Assembly (NCBI GenBank): GCA_963792585.1
Contig: CAWBWI010000004.1
Coordinates: 192,001 to 256,000 of the forward strand
Length of the DNA: 64,000 bases
Reading direction: 5' to 3'
From: Candidatus Eiseniibacteriota bacterium
Lineage (GTDB): Bacteria; Eisenbacteria; RBG-16-71-46; CAIMUX01; VGJL01
Every line of letters starts with the position of its first letter. The stretch's first letter is position 1. The translations under genes and the position numbers were made by a program. Positions 22,901 to 30,964 of the stretch are shown piece after piece. The notes under the pieces are model-generated. The model was not told the DNA's origin. It was given only the letters and a program-made list of their open reading frames with translations, and ran no database searches.

Positions 22901-24795
22901 CCATCTGCTCGAACGGTTGGCTCGCGATGGGCGCCCAGTGGACCAACACGGAGTACCGCAACTGGACCATTCCCGGAGCGGGCGGTCCGCAGGCGATGAT
23001 CGCCGCGTTCTGGGACGACCTGAGCCTCTCGGGCGGCGGAAAAGTCCTCCGCAAGTACGACACGGCGAACCATCGCACGATCTTCGAGTGGAGCGCGGTG
23101 CACAACGAGGTAGGGTCCGCGGAGACCTTCGAGATCATCCTGTACGACCCGGCGTATCACGAGACGGGCACGGGGGATGGAATCATCGAGGTCCAATACA
23201 GCGTGGTCAACAACACGGACAGCGGTGACAACTACGCGACGGCGGGCATCGAGAACGCGAACCAGTCCGACGGCGTTCTCTACACCTATGACAGTCTCTA
23301 CTCGAGTGGATCGACGACCCTCGCGACGGGCCGGGCCATCCGGTACATGCCGGTCACTCTCCTACCGAGCGGGACACTCCAGGGTCACGTGCGCAACGCC
23401 TCGAACGGTAACTCACCGCTTCAAGCCGCGCAGGTGACTGTTCTTCAGAACGGCCGGTCATTCGTCAGTGCCGAGGACGGCAGCTACGGCGGTTCGATCG
23501 CGCCGGGCAGCTACACCGTCGTGGCGCTTCTGGAGGGATTCGAGCCCGACACCGCGACGGCCGTTGTCGTCCAGGTTGGTCAGTCGACCGTCCAGGACTT
23601 CTCGCTCGTCGACATCCTGGGTCCCTCCATTGCCAACGTCACGAACAACCTCACGACCAGCGATACCTCGGGCCCATATCCGATCCAGGCATCGATCACG
23701 GACGCGAGCGGCGTGGCCGTGGCGAACCTCTTCTATCGCTTGAATGGTGCGGGCTGGATCGAACTGCCGATGAACGGGGTGGATGACCTCTACACGGCGG
23801 ATCTCCCGGGAATGAGCGCCGGCACACAGATCGACTACTACATTTGGGCGAGGGACAACGCCAACAGGACCACGTCCAACCCGTCCGATGCGCCCGCGAG
23901 CTTCTACACCCTCTACGTCACCGCGCTGACTTACAACTACAACGTCGAGAATCCTGAGGACACGAACTGGCAGGTCGGCGTGGCGGGGGACGGCGCGACG
24001 ACGGGGCAGTGGGTCCGAGACGATCCGATCGGCTCCGTCTACAACAGCACCACGATGCAGCCGGAAGATGACCACACCGCCAACCCCGGTGTCCTCTGCT
24101 TCGTCACGGGGCAGGGGTCCGTGGGCGGGGCGGCGGGCGACGCCGACGTCGACGGCGGTTGCACCACGTTGCTCTCGCCGATCTACGACCTGAGCCAGGC
24201 CACCATGGCTTTCTTCACCTATCACCGCTGGTATGCGGAGGGTGGGAATTCCGTGGACGACGAGTTCGCCGTGGACGTCTCGAGCGACGGAGGCAACAGC
24301 TGGGTCGCCCTCGAGCGGGTGCCCGACATCGACAACACTTGGAGGAAAGTGACGACGAACCTGTTCGACGTCATCACGCTCACAAACCAGGTACAGATTC
24401 GCTTTCTCGCTTGCGACCTGAACACAGCCGGACTGGTCGAGGCGGCCATCGACGACGTGGCGATGGAGGTCTTTATCCCGAACAACTCCGCCGCGGACGA
24501 TGGGCTCACAATTCCCATCCGGATGGCCCTCGCGCAGAACAACCCGAACCCGTTCAATCCGAGAACGACGATCAGCTTCGATATCTCGTCGCCTTCCCAC
24601 GCGCGACTCGAGATCTTCAGCGCGTCCGGTCGCCTCGTGCGCACGCTCGTCGACGCCGTCCGCCCCGCGGGATCTCACCAAGTCGTTTGGGACGGAAGAG
24701 ACGATGCCGGACGCTCCGTCGGCTCGGGAATCTACTTCTACCGTCTCCGCGCCGGGACGTTCTCGGAGAGCCGGAGGATGACGATTCTAAAGTGA
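19948..24795 (+). CDS. Secreted gingipain-like peptidase C25 protein with propeptide, Ig-like domains and FlgD-Ig/T9SS-like C-terminal domain
   Basis: Signal peptide; C25 propeptide (GTPQLP); WHKRKGY, DHPY, LGRIS, ITCGTG, NLMGDP; C-terminal QNNPNPFNP...WDGRDDAGRSVGSGIYFYRL. Confidence 0.88.
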   Translation: MRFILVCILAAACLIPASSLAVSPPLSILQGDATVDPDMARGNLPSIDVIESGPNGLTLEFSLPSIAMEEVTVGGESYLSVTIPGGGLVGALGTPQLPIFGRMVSIPDRAEIRIDTNVTEEEQMSGIRIAPAQPQDGGVFTLDAAAYARDDFGAQPTASVGRPALLRDFRIVPITFQPIRYNAARGEMKIARKVRVEVRFEGEDPENQRPSIAPRSIAPSFDKIYRELIVNYQGPGAGLSVQPGTWLVICPNDNAVITRLQPLLDWHKRKGYPVRLATTAETGTSRDAIKNWLLNAYTTWPSPPEYVALAADADGSYAIPTWTENLSGYNGPGDHPYTQLVGGDILADVNLGRISYGTLTELEVIVNKCVGYESTPFTSQDPDWFKRACLVGDPNSSGYSCVQVQQWVKTRMKQVGYSQIDTVFGGDFLSQMVTDLNRGDTVFSYRGWLGMSGWGTSNIYSMTNGWKLPFCVIITCGTGSFSGSTSTSEAFLRANSGGNPRGGIGAIGTATTGTHTQYNNCVHYGILYGLLYQDLYTMGAAMTRGKLEMYLNYQGTDPNHVLIWSYWNNLMGDPGVEVWTGYPAQLEITHPATLPIGTNSVTVTVKESHTVPLADAQVCLLKDTETFVVGYTNAQGQIELPVSATTAGNMQLTVTKHNYYPYLATIPVASGTMYVAYQASTVSDDNVGASHGNGNGAVNPTETIELSVQLKNFGSQTASGVNATLTTSDPYATISDATKSYGNIAAGASAWSSGSYVLTVSPACPHDRNIRLGLEVTSGTSAWHSLIDLPVVSAEFSCEGVTVYNVGGNNLFDPGETGQASIKLRNSGGMDASAVTATLTSSSPYVTIVDGSASFGNIVAGSAIENTLDRFSLSVSSDAIRGTPAAFQVVCDFSGGTKDTTSFDLAIGTRTSVDPSGPDAYGYYAFDNTDTGYPQVPTYSWVELNGDPGAIQISLTDNGTYQDDSEVITLDFPFTYYGVTYTKATICSNGWLAMGAQWTNTEYRNWTIPGAGGPQAMIAAFWDDLSLSGGGKVLRKYDTANHRTIFEWSAVHNEVGSAETFEIILYDPAYHETGTGDGIIEVQYSVVNNTDSGDNYATAGIENANQSDGVLYTYDSLYSSGSTTLATGRAIRYMPVTLLPSGTLQGHVRNASNGNSPLQAAQVTVLQNGRSFVSAEDGSYGGSIAPGSYTVVALLEGFEPDTATAVVVQVGQSTVQDFSLVDILGPSIANVTNNLTTSDTSGPYPIQASITDASGVAVANLFYRLNGAGWIELPMNGVDDLYTADLPGMSAGTQIDYYIWARDNANRTTSNPSDAPASFYTLYVTALTYNYNVENPEDTNWQVGVAGDGATTGQWVRDDPIGSVYNSTTMQPEDDHTANPGVLCFVTGQGSVGGAAGDADVDGGCTTLLSPIYDLSQATMAFFTYHRWYAEGGNSVDDEFAVDVSSDGGNSWVALERVPDIDNTWRKVTTNLFDVITLTNQVQIRFLACDLNTAGLVEAAIDDVAMEVFIPNNSAADDGLTIPIRMALAQNNPNPFNPRTTISFDISSPSHARLEIFSASGRLVRTLVDAVRPAGSHQVVWDGRDDAGRSVGSGIYFYRLRAGTFSESRRMTILK

Positions 24796-24936
24796 CGCTC
24801 AGGGGCCCTGCCGCGTGTGGGATCGTTGGATCCACCCGCCGGCAGGGCTCCCTGTTTTCATCGGTTTTCCCTTGAGGCGGCGACCGCGGATTCGATACGA
24901 TGCGAAACGCACCGCCTTTCGGCGGACGGTAACTTT

Positions 24937-25013
24937 AGGCCAGTAGCTCAAATTGGCAGAGCAACGGTCTCCAAAACCGTAGGTTGGGGGTTCAAGTCCC
25001 TCCTGGCCTGCCA
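24937..25013 (+). tRNA. trnW: tRNA-Trp(CCA)
   Basis: Acceptor stem AGGCCAG/CTGGCCT, anticodon arm ACGGT-CTCCAAA-ACCGT, T-loop GTTCAAGTC, encoded 3' CCA. Confidence 0.96.
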
Positions 25014-25024
25014 GCATCGAAGAG

Positions 25025-25050
25025 GGCCGCCGGATCCGGATCCGGCGGCC
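25025..25050. terminator. Perfect 26-bp palindrome between tRNA-Trp and the convergent rSAM gene
   Basis: GGCCGCCGGATCCGGATCCGGCGGCC followed by TTTC. Confidence 0.65.
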
Positions 25051-25079
25051 TTTCGCTCGGGCGGCGGTTTCTCGATCCG

Positions 25080-26240
25080 TCACGCGCGGGCGAATCCATC
25101 CGCTTTCGCCACTGCGTCCCGAAAACGTTCTCGCGTCCCGAAGGCCGCCCGATTGAATGCGCAGGCGAAGTCCGGAACTCGATCGGGATCCGTATTACCC
25201 GCCGAGAGCCCGATGGAGACCGGGCAGAGATCACAGTCTCCGATGGAGCGGCATGTCGAACAGGCTGCGATGCTCGAACGCTTCCGTTCCTTGCGGGTCA
25301 GGATAGCGCTGCCCTGCGCCTTCTCGGCGAACACCTCGAATGCCGATCGCAGCGAGGGGTCGTCGACGTGTCCGATCCGGAGTCGCGTCATCTCCTCTGT
25401 CAGCCACGGAAGGGCCCGATTCGCGAGTCCCCTCACGAGCATGACGCACCCATACACCGACCCGTCCACGTCCACGGCGGCGGATCGCCCCCGCGCGACG
25501 CCGCACATCGTGCGGCTCCGCCATGGATGGGGGCCCGGCCCACGGTCACCACGCAACCCGAGAAACGGGATCTCGCCGCACGCTCGGAAGTGGGAGATGC
25601 AGCTTTCCCCGATTCGTTCGAATGCTGCCGTCAGCTCGTCGAGAACCGTTTGCGCCGGACCCTCGGGGACGGCGCACGCGGGCGAGATCGAGAGGTTCGC
25701 AACTCCCTTCCGGAGAAAGTAGGCGAAGGAGGCGGCCATGGTGGATACCGTGTCCGGGGCGACGGTCATCATCACGGTCAATCGGTCTCGGAATCGATCG
25801 GGGCGTCGCGCCCTGAACCAATCTAGCACCCAGTCGAGGTGGTCGAATGTGCCCGGGGATCGTGCATCCTGGGCAGCCGGAACTCCGTCGAAACTCAGGT
25901 GAATTTCGAAATCGTGCGCGGCGAGGAAGTCGAGGGTGTCCTCATCGAGAAGCATCCCGTTCGTCTGCACGCTCCACTGCACGGAACGCTCCGGTGTCGA
26001 CCGTTCCTCGACATACAAAACCGCACGCCGGATGAGAGGGAGGGCGAGCAGGGGCTCGCCGCCGGAAAACACGATTCTTCGCCGGGGTTCCTCCAGGCTC
26101 AGAATCCAGTCCAGCGTTCTGCGCAATGTCGACCAGGCCATCTCCCGCCGGAGATGGCGGACCTGGTAGCAGTAGCTGCACCGCAGGTTGCAGGCCGATG
26201 TCAGCACCAGATGGACGGCGCCGATCGATTCCCGGGCCAT
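25080..26240 (-). CDS. Radical SAM enzyme with SPASM domain (anSME/peptide-maturase-like)
   Basis: CNLRCSYC, FSGGEPLL, QTNG, SFDG; C-terminal C...VDVDGSVYGC...CSTC-x5-CDLC...C (7 Cys). Confidence 0.9.
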   Translation of the reverse strand: MARESIGAVHLVLTSACNLRCSYCYQVRHLRREMAWSTLRRTLDWILSLEEPRRRIVFSGGEPLLALPLIRRAVLYVEERSTPERSVQWSVQTNGMLLDEDTLDFLAAHDFEIHLSFDGVPAAQDARSPGTFDHLDWVLDWFRARRPDRFRDRLTVMMTVAPDTVSTMAASFAYFLRKGVANLSISPACAVPEGPAQTVLDELTAAFERIGESCISHFRACGEIPFLGLRGDRGPGPHPWRSRTMCGVARGRSAAVDVDGSVYGCVMLVRGLANRALPWLTEEMTRLRIGHVDDPSLRSAFEVFAEKAQGSAILTRKERKRSSIAACSTCRSIGDCDLCPVSIGLSAGNTDPDRVPDFACAFNRAAFGTRERFRDAVAKADGFARA

Positions 26241-26249
26241 GTCGCGGGA

Positions 26250-26568
26250 CTACGTGGTCTCGATGCCCTGAAATTCTCGCGATATCATCTTTCAGGACCG
26301 TCAGCCACGTCTCCATCTTCGTGAGTGCGTCGACCAGATCCCCAGCCGTCACGCTCGTCTTGGTCTCCTCGATGCATCCGAAACAGATCGTCGTCCTCGG
26401 AGGACGAACGATGATCGGCGGGGTCTCTCTCCAGGTGTCCGTCTGCTGGACGATCACGGTCTGAGCAGGAACCGTCGCGATGGAACTCCGGATCTCCTCG
26501 GTCCACCCCACGAGAGCCTCGATGTCCCACTTCACATCCATCAACGTAATCGTGCCCATCGGGTTCAT
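26250..26568 (-). CDS. Small protein (~105 aa if one extra base near 26280 is removed); candidate rSAM substrate/RiPP precursor
   Basis: Strong RBS (GAAAGGAGAAGA-ATG); helix / Pro-Cys core / helix layout. As sequenced it reads on to 25942 over the rSAM gene, but a +1-frame TAG at 26250-26252 sits 9 nt before the rSAM ATG. Confidence 0.65.
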
Positions 26569-26704
26569 TCTTCTCCTTTCCCGGCGTAACGCCCGAACTG
26601 GGTCTCACGCGAGAACGTCGTGCACGCGACCGGAATCGTCGCGAGCAGGACGCGTCGCGCCCCCCACCGGCGGCCGGAATCTCCGGACGGCCGTCAACTC
26701 GCCG

Positions 26705-29557
26705 TCAATAGCTTCCCTTCTGCGCTTCGAGCAGCCAAATGTCCCCATTCACCTCCTCTCGAGTCAGCACGACGCTCCGTCCGTCCGCGGGAAGATCGAA
26801 CATCGGCATGGACGTCGCGGGCCCTGCATCGATCGGCAGGTCCAACGGGGCGGGGGCGGTCCCGTGAAGCGGCAGACGGCGAAGGCTGAAACGGTCCGCG
26901 CCCCACGTCCCGCACGCGATGAGATCGCCCCCGAGCACATCCCATCGCACGCGCGTGATGTTCGCTCCCGTCGTGAGACGGCGGGCACGCCCCCCTCCGT
27001 CCGCCGGCACGATCCAGGCTTCGTTTCCGATCGAGTCGGACCCTACAAAGGCGATGGTCTGCCCGTCGGGCGACCAGGCGGGCGAGAAGGCGAGGACCCG
27101 CGCGATTGCCAGCATCCGGGCAGGACCTTCAGGGCGCCCCCTGCTCACCCGCTGGACCCACAGGTGACTGCCTCCGCCCCGCTCCGACACGAATGCGACG
27201 TGGTCGCCGTCGGGCGACCAGGCGGGTTCCATGTCGCTCGCGGGGTCGGTGGTGAATCGGATCGGTTGCCCGCCCCGAATCGGAATCACCCATAGGTCGC
27301 GATCCTGCCCGATGATCTGGTAGTAGACAATCCATTGTCCGTCGGGAGAAACGGCGGGGTGGAGCGCATCGCCCGGTCCATCCGTGAGCTGCCGCGGGGA
27401 GCCGTTAGGAAGTCCATCCTTCATTGCCTGCAGCCACAGATCGCGTTTCTTTCCTGCCCGTGACGAAATGAAGACCAGGAATTGCCCGTCGGATGAGAAC
27501 GCCGGCTGATCGGCGTCGGCAAGCGAGCGTGCGATCGTCTCCTGTTTCGTCTTCAGGTCGTAGAAGACCAGATTCCGCATGACCAGCTGCGTTGCATACG
27601 CCAATCGCTTGCCGTCGGAGGAGAAACTCGGCTGGCATTGGCGGCTGTCCCCCAGGGTCACGCGTTCCGGGTCTCCCCCTTTCGCGACGACGCGCGCCAG
27701 CGCGGTCGTCCCGTCGCGGTAGGAGGTGAAGTAGACGTGCCGTCCCGAAGGAGACCAAACCGGATCCTGATCCAAATCGGTGTCGGTCGTGAGACGGCGC
27801 GCCCTGCCGCCTGAAGACGGCACTTCCCAGAGACCGTGGCGGGTCGCGTAGCAGATCCGCCGGCCGTCAGGCGACCAGGCGGGGTGATCGTGGGCCCAGA
27901 GCCCTCCCCCGTCATCCGTCAGCATCGCGATCCGGCCGGGGTCCGCGAGAGAAGATATGCCGATCCTCGCGTCGGCGCCCTGCGCCGCACGGGAGAAGGC
28001 GATCCGTTCCCCGTCGCGGGAAATCGCGGGCTGGTCCGCCCCGGGCACAAGCAGGGTTGCCCCCCCGCCGAGCTGACCCATCTTCCAGATGGAGGGAGTG
28101 CCGCCTCGATCGGAGACGAAAGCCAACGAGCCGCCGTCGGGAAACCAGACGGGATGGGAATCGATGGCAGGATCGTCGGTGAGTCGCAGAGGGGTCCCGC
28201 CGTGGGCGTCGATGAGGTAGATGTCGTAGTTGCCGCCCGCCTCCGACGTGTAGGCGATCCGCCCGCCGTCGGGGGACAGCGCGGGCTGGCCTTCCCAGCC
28301 GTCCGCGCTGGTCACATGCACCGGCACCCCGTTTGGAAGGGGATGGGTCCCGATGGCTGGGAGCCCTCGCAGGAGCAGCACGACGAACAGGACCGCCGCG
28401 GGGACTGCCCAGAGCAGATGCTTGGACGGTCGCCTCCGCACGCGATCCGCGGCAGCGGGATGGGTCTTCGAGTATGCACGAAACTCGTATTGGCGACGGG
28501 CGGCGCGGATGTCCACGAGCAGTTCCCCGCCGTTCTGGTAACGTTCCTCGGGGAGTTTGGCCATCGACTTGCGGATGATCCGCTCGAAGTCCTCCGGAAC
28601 CTCATAGGTGAACTGCGAGATCGGTTTGGGCTCACGATGGATGATCGCATCGGAAAGGCTTCCGAATGACGAGGCGGCGAAGGCGGGAACGCCGGTGCAC
28701 ATCTCGTAGAGGACGACTCCCAGGGAGAAGATGTCGCTGCGCGGGTCGATCGGTCGACCGAGGGCTTGCTCGGGCGACATGTAGCGCGGGGTCCCAACGA
28801 CCGTGCCGACCGGCGTGACCGTGGTCGCGCTCTGTTCCCATGGGACATTTTCGCCACGCGGGGAGCAGATGCGGGCAAGACCGAAATCGCCGATCAGGGC
28901 GCGGTCGTCGACATCGATGAGGATGTTTCCCGGCTTGATGTCGCGATGGAGGATCCCTTGCGCGTGCGCCACCTTGAGCGCTGCGGCCAGATCCTCGCCG
29001 TAGCGCAGGATCTTCTCTACCGGCAGCCGTCCACCATCGGCGAGTTGGGAGCCAAGATCGCGGCCGGCGATGTACTGCATGGCGATCCACGGATACCCAT
29101 GCGCCTCGAAGGCCTCGAAGACCTGCACAATGTTCGGATGAGAGACCTTTGACGCCGCCCGCGCTTCGTGCAGAAACCGGCGGCGACAGTCGGGATCGGC
29201 GACGAGGTCCGGGGAGAGGCATTTCAGCGCCACCTCACGCTCGAGTTCCAGATCCTCCGCCCGGAACACCAGTCCCATGCCGCCCTCACCCAGGAGATTC
29301 AGGAGCTTGTAGTGCGAAACATTCTGGCCGATCAGGGTCACGGGCGAGGAGACGGTCCCGCCCGCCCTTCCCAAAAGCACATTGGGATCGAGAATGTGGT
29401 GGCCTGCTTCGTCATGGGCGAGCATGGCCTCGACCTCGAGCCGCAGCCCGGGGTCGTCCCGGCAGGCTCCGTCAAGGAACGCGGCTCGATCCTCCGGCGA
29501 GAGGTCCGCGGCCTTGAGCAGGAGCTCCTTCAGCCGAGCGAAGGCATCGGGGTTCAC
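26705..29557 (-). CDS. Membrane Ser/Thr protein kinase with extracytoplasmic PD40/TolB-like propellers
   Basis: LGEGGMG, VALK, HRDIKPGN, DFGLA, GTPRYMSPEQ, SDIFSLG; TM segment; repeated PAWSPDG; GTGA overlap with the ECF stop. Confidence 0.93.
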   Translation of the reverse strand: MNPDAFARLKELLLKAADLSPEDRAAFLDGACRDDPGLRLEVEAMLAHDEAGHHILDPNVLLGRAGGTVSSPVTLIGQNVSHYKLLNLLGEGGMGLVFRAEDLELEREVALKCLSPDLVADPDCRRRFLHEARAASKVSHPNIVQVFEAFEAHGYPWIAMQYIAGRDLGSQLADGGRLPVEKILRYGEDLAAALKVAHAQGILHRDIKPGNILIDVDDRALIGDFGLARICSPRGENVPWEQSATTVTPVGTVVGTPRYMSPEQALGRPIDPRSDIFSLGVVLYEMCTGVPAFAASSFGSLSDAIIHREPKPISQFTYEVPEDFERIIRKSMAKLPEERYQNGGELLVDIRAARRQYEFRAYSKTHPAAADRVRRRPSKHLLWAVPAAVLFVVLLLRGLPAIGTHPLPNGVPVHVTSADGWEGQPALSPDGGRIAYTSEAGGNYDIYLIDAHGGTPLRLTDDPAIDSHPVWFPDGGSLAFVSDRGGTPSIWKMGQLGGGATLLVPGADQPAISRDGERIAFSRAAQGADARIGISSLADPGRIAMLTDDGGGLWAHDHPAWSPDGRRICYATRHGLWEVPSSGGRARRLTTDTDLDQDPVWSPSGRHVYFTSYRDGTTALARVVAKGGDPERVTLGDSRQCQPSFSSDGKRLAYATQLVMRNLVFYDLKTKQETIARSLADADQPAFSSDGQFLVFISSRAGKKRDLWLQAMKDGLPNGSPRQLTDGPGDALHPAVSPDGQWIVYYQIIGQDRDLWVIPIRGGQPIRFTTDPASDMEPAWSPDGDHVAFVSERGGGSHLWVQRVSRGRPEGPARMLAIARVLAFSPAWSPDGQTIAFVGSDSIGNEAWIVPADGGGRARRLTTGANITRVRWDVLGGDLIACGTWGADRFSLRRLPLHGTAPAPLDLPIDAGPATSMPMFDLPADGRSVVLTREEVNGDIWLLEAQKGSY

Positions 29558-30141
29558 GTCGCCCGTCCCTCCGAGAGTTCGCGCGCAAGCCACATCTTTG
29601 CGACGCGCCAGTCGTTGTAGGCCGTTCTCTCCGAAATGCCCAGGATGCGAGCGATCTCCCCCATCTCCATCCCGCAGAATACGCGCAGCTCTACGAGCCG
29701 CTCCATGCGGGCGTCCAACGCGCCGAGACCGGTCAGCAGCCGATCGAGGTCCAGGACCTCGACATCGGAAGGGGCCGCCGCTTCGACCTGTTCGTCGAAG
29801 GTGACCCTCTGCCAGCTACCGCCGCGCCTCGCAGAGGCGCGGTGCCGCGCGTGCTCCACCAGAATCCGCCGCATGGCGGTAGCGGCGATTCCGAAGAAGT
29901 GGGCCCGACTCTCCCACGTGATCGCGGTTCCGTCGACCAAGCGCAGATAGGCTTCGTTGACGAGCGCGGTGGGTTGGAGCGTGTGATTCGATCGCTCCCG
30001 CCGCATCAGCCCGGCGGCGAGGCGGCGCAATTCTCCATACACGGCTCCAAAGAGCCGGTTTGCGGCATCGATCCTATCGAGATCCCGTCGCCCCAGATCT
30101 GCAAGGAGCTGCGTGACCTCGCCTCGCCCGGCTGGATCCAT
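29554..30141 (-). CDS. ECF sigma factor, STK-associated (TIGR02999-like)
   Basis: EVTQLL...VYGELRRLA...HTLQPTALVNEAYLRL...FFGIAATAMRRILV...RRGG...VELRVFCGM...DWRVAKMWL. Confidence 0.9.
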   Translation of the reverse strand: MDPAGRGEVTQLLADLGRRDLDRIDAANRLFGAVYGELRRLAAGLMRRERSNHTLQPTALVNEAYLRLVDGTAITWESRAHFFGIAATAMRRILVEHARHRASARRGGSWQRVTFDEQVEAAAPSDVEVLDLDRLLTGLGALDARMERLVELRVFCGMEMGEIARILGISERTAYNDWRVAKMWLARELSEGRAT

Positions 30142-30327
30142 CGCTAGGCAACTCTCTCTCGGCCCACGGTAAAACCTAGCCCGCAAGGAGAATAGACCGC
30201 GGCACGATGCGGCTGCAAGGAGAACCCCGGGGGGGCGGGAAGGGGTATCCGGCGTTGCAGGTTTGGGACGCCTCCTGCGCATGTAGAAGTGGGTGGGAAA
30301 CGTGGAGCTCCGACAAAGGAGGATGCC

Positions 30328-30909
30328 ATGTGGGGCGCACTCGTTTTCATCGTGGGCGTGGTCCTGCTGTCCGACGGTTTGGACAACGCGCCCGTTGCCG
30401 AGCTGACGGCGGCCGTCACGGCCGCGACCGGTGAAGATCTTGTTTCCGGGTACGATGTCTACTCGTACCGCGCACCAACCCCGATTCCGGATGGTGACCG
30501 CGCCGGGGTTGTCGTGGGACCGATCCGGATCCCGGACGACGGCAACCCCGTCAAGGGCGTCATCCTCTCGATCAGCATCAGCCATCCTTACACTGGTGAC
30601 CTGTCCTTGCGGCTGGGCTACGACGAGAACAACGACGGGGTCGTCGAAGCGAGCGCGGAGCTCGAGCCTCACCGCGCCCGCCCGGGCGGATGGGCGGTCC
30701 GCGAGCCGTACGCCTGTCCCGCTGAGATGAACGGCGTCTTCTACTATCGGGATGAACCTCCCGGTGAGTACGACGACCGCGGCGACGCATCCTTCGGAGT
30801 CTTCGACGGGCTCGCCAAAGGAGGGTGCTTCAGGTTGTCGGCCGTGGACAGCCTTCCCGAGGACAAGGGCACGCTCCTGGGCTGGACCGTCTACCTCAAG
30901 GGGTCGTGA
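30328..30909 (+). CDS. Secreted or membrane-anchored proprotein-convertase P-domain-like protein
   Basis: N-terminal hydrophobic stretch; PIPD...ISISHPYTGDLSLRL...FDG...G.FRLSAVDS...DKGTLLGWTV pattern. Confidence 0.65.
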   Translation: MWGALVFIVGVVLLSDGLDNAPVAELTAAVTAATGEDLVSGYDVYSYRAPTPIPDGDRAGVVVGPIRIPDDGNPVKGVILSISISHPYTGDLSLRLGYDENNDGVVEASAELEPHRARPGGWAVREPYACPAEMNGVFYYRDEPPGEYDDRGDASFGVFDGLAKGGCFRLSAVDSLPEDKGTLLGWTVYLKGS

Positions 30910-30964
30910 AACACGGCACACGACGCCGGAATCCACATCCCGGGTCGTGTTAGAGTTTCGGGAT

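Noticed and set aside
21147..23228. 693-aa alternative-frame ORF inside the C25 gene, and 56790-58841 antisense to the M14 gene
   Set aside because: Frame shadows with low-complexity Arg/Pro/Gly composition.
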